Below are positions 62,029-64,000 of a stretch of DNA of 64,000 bases, piece by piece. A program made the translations under genes and the position numbers. Positions within the stretch are counted from its first letter, which is position 1. Each line of letters opens with the position of its first letter. The notes below the pieces were generated by a model that ran no database searches, was not told the DNA's origin, and saw only the letters and a program-made list of their open reading frames with translations. The stretch comes from Lama guanicoe (lineage: Eukaryota): contig MU053559.1 in assembly GCA_013239625.1 (NCBI GenBank), positions 3,020,324-3,084,323 of the forward strand, in the 5' to 3' direction.

Positions 62029-62497
62029 GAATCAGCTGAGATATGAAGGACAGGGCAAGAACCTGGAGCAGAAGGTGGGAGAAGCAGAGGAAAAGAGGTG
62101 GCAGAGCCTTGCTGGGGGTGATCAGAAAGAGGTGATCTTGTGGTGAGATGAGCTAGTGGGGAAGAGAAACATAGCAAGACAGATTGAATTTGCTCTGCTG
62201 GGCGTGATGTAATCCCTTCCTACATCTACCTCAGAAAATCCAAGTTGCTTCTGAATGCTTTGGCCCAACTGAATTATCTCAGGAGAACTGAAATTGGTGT
62301 GGACCCCTTGTGGAGGCTGCCAGAAGGGAGGCGACAGCCAACATCTTGGTGACCTAATGGGGAAAGGAGAGCTCAGGCTCATTTGAGCAGGGCTCTGGCC
62401 CAGAAAGGCTGGCTGCCATGGGTAGCCCCTCCTGTTCTCGTACTGACTTGTTAGGGTATGATATTGCCCATTTTCCCTGAATAGCATGCAAAGGGTC

Positions 62498-62861
62498 TGC
62501 TATAGATGAAATGTTTGTGTCGTCTCCGAAGTCCTATGTTGAAACCTAACCCCTAAGGTGATGGTATTAGGAGGTGGGGCCTTTAGGGGTGATTAGGTCA
62601 TGAGAGTGGAGCCCTCATGAATGAGTTTAGTGCCCTATACAGGAGACCCCAGAGAGCTTTCTGGATCCTTCACCCATGTTGAGGACACAGTGAGAATATC
62701 GTTGTCTATGAATCAGGAAGCCGGTTCTCACCAGACACTGAATCTGCTGGCCCCTCGATATTGGACTTCCAGCCTCCAGAACTGTGAGAAATAAATGCCT
62801 GTTGTTTATCAGCTACCCAGTCTGTGGTATTTTGTTATACCAGTCCGAACAGACTAAAATA
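62498..62861 (+). mobile_element. MaLR MLT1A-like solo LTR, complete
   Basis: ggtgatggtattaggaggtggggccttt...ggacttccagcctccagaactgtgagaaataaa; exact 5-bp TSD GGGTC (62493-62497 / 62862-62866). Confidence 0.92.
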
Positions 62862-64000
62862 GGGTCTTATTTATTATTACAGTCTCTCATCAGTTTATTC
62901 TAATGAGACACTCTACTGCCTAGAGCTCAGTAATTGCTTCAAGCAGTAGAGCCTTCCTTGGCCTGATAAAATAGTCATCATGTTCAGAGTCATTAGGATT
63001 GGGACTGAAGAAATCTAGAGCCTTTGCTTAACACTTTGACTTTGCAATTAAGGGTTTGATTTTGCACACTTAGGTAAATGGAAAAGCACTTTGAACTCAC
63101 TTTTGGATAATTAGCACAAAGAGAAAATGGCTTTGCAAGTCACAGTGTGGCATGGTTCAAACTGAGCAAATGAGAACAAAAATCAACACTTTGCTATTCA
63201 TACAAATGTCTGCCACAAAGAATTTTCATTTAATTTAAAGTGATAAATCTGGGTAATTATGTGATATGATTATTCATAAAACTGTTAATCAAACTCAGAT
63301 ATATTTTATAGCATCTCATACATAACTCTGCAACTGGAATATTTTAGGAGAATATATTATCTGAATTTTAAAATATCACTCCATTGTAACTATTTATCAG
63401 CAAAACGGAAAAATGTATCTTGGCTAGTTCTGTTTAGCCAATTATTGCAATGGAAAATGTTAGATGGTATCCAAGAAATACAACTATAAATAATACAATG
63501 TATATCTGCTTCCAATGGATAAACATCCAATGTAAATAAAGAAATATAAATTGGATCTAGAATGGATATAAAAAGTGCTTTAAAAGTAAAAGTTTGTCAC
63601 GGACAGATAAAAGACAAAAAGTCCTTTCTCTGTTTTTGTTATTTTTCTTAAAATAACAAAACGGTATCTGATGCTTTTACTAGCCAGTGTCTTATTCAGA
63701 CTTTTCCCATCTAAGATAGGGAGGTATACAAAAAAACAAAATTAAGATGGAGAGTTTGGAGGTGATTTAAATAGCTGGATGTGTTCTAAATAACAAAACA
63801 TGGTACCTAGTGCTAGTATGTTTGGAGGAATCCACAGATTGACTTTTAGACACGAAGCTTTGCTTATGCTCAACCTCATTAAATGAAATTAATTCTCATG
63901 TGATGTGGGGACCTTTGAAAAGTATATTCCCTTTTCAGTAGCATAGAAGCATTCATTTGTCTCACTTGGATTATCCATATTCTTTTTCAGTCAGCAGTTT

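Noticed and set aside
31900..64000. Exons of neighbouring genes (for example EFHC2) or a processed pseudogene
   Set aside because: No recognisable coding similarity in the ORF track or by eye; the region is dominated by repeats. Short or non-coding exons cannot be excluded.

Overview
Mammalian genomic DNA, most likely camelid (alpaca/llama/camel), judged from 12 copies of a tRNA-Ala-derived SINE resembling vic-1. FUNDC1 is X-linked in eutherians, so this is probably X chromosome. The only protein-coding gene I can support is a complete, intact FUNDC1 (mitophagy receptor) on the + strand. It has 5 coding exons at 20472-20499, 21227-21383, 24722-24797, 29094-29222 and 31185-31262, giving 468 nt / 155 aa with all GT-AG introns, a CpG-island promoter and a 3'UTR with several polyA hexamers. 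The rest is mostly transposable elements: a truncated MER34A-type ERV1 provirus (LTR, tRNA-Arg PBS, decayed internal region) interrupted by a near-full-length Tigger1; several solo ERV1 LTRs, including a MER41-like LTR with a GAS motif about 2.4 kb upstream of FUNDC1; MaLR LTRs; Tigger2-family, MER20 and MER58 DNA elements; MIR and L2; and a nested L1 cluster. That cluster holds a TSD-flanked L1 that keeps both termini but has two large internal deletions. I found no evidence of a wholly new gene system. The best leads are TE-derived regulatory or splicing features around FUNDC1 and the doubly deleted L1. Repeat family names come from recalled consensus sequences, not a database search, and old-repeat boundaries are approximate.
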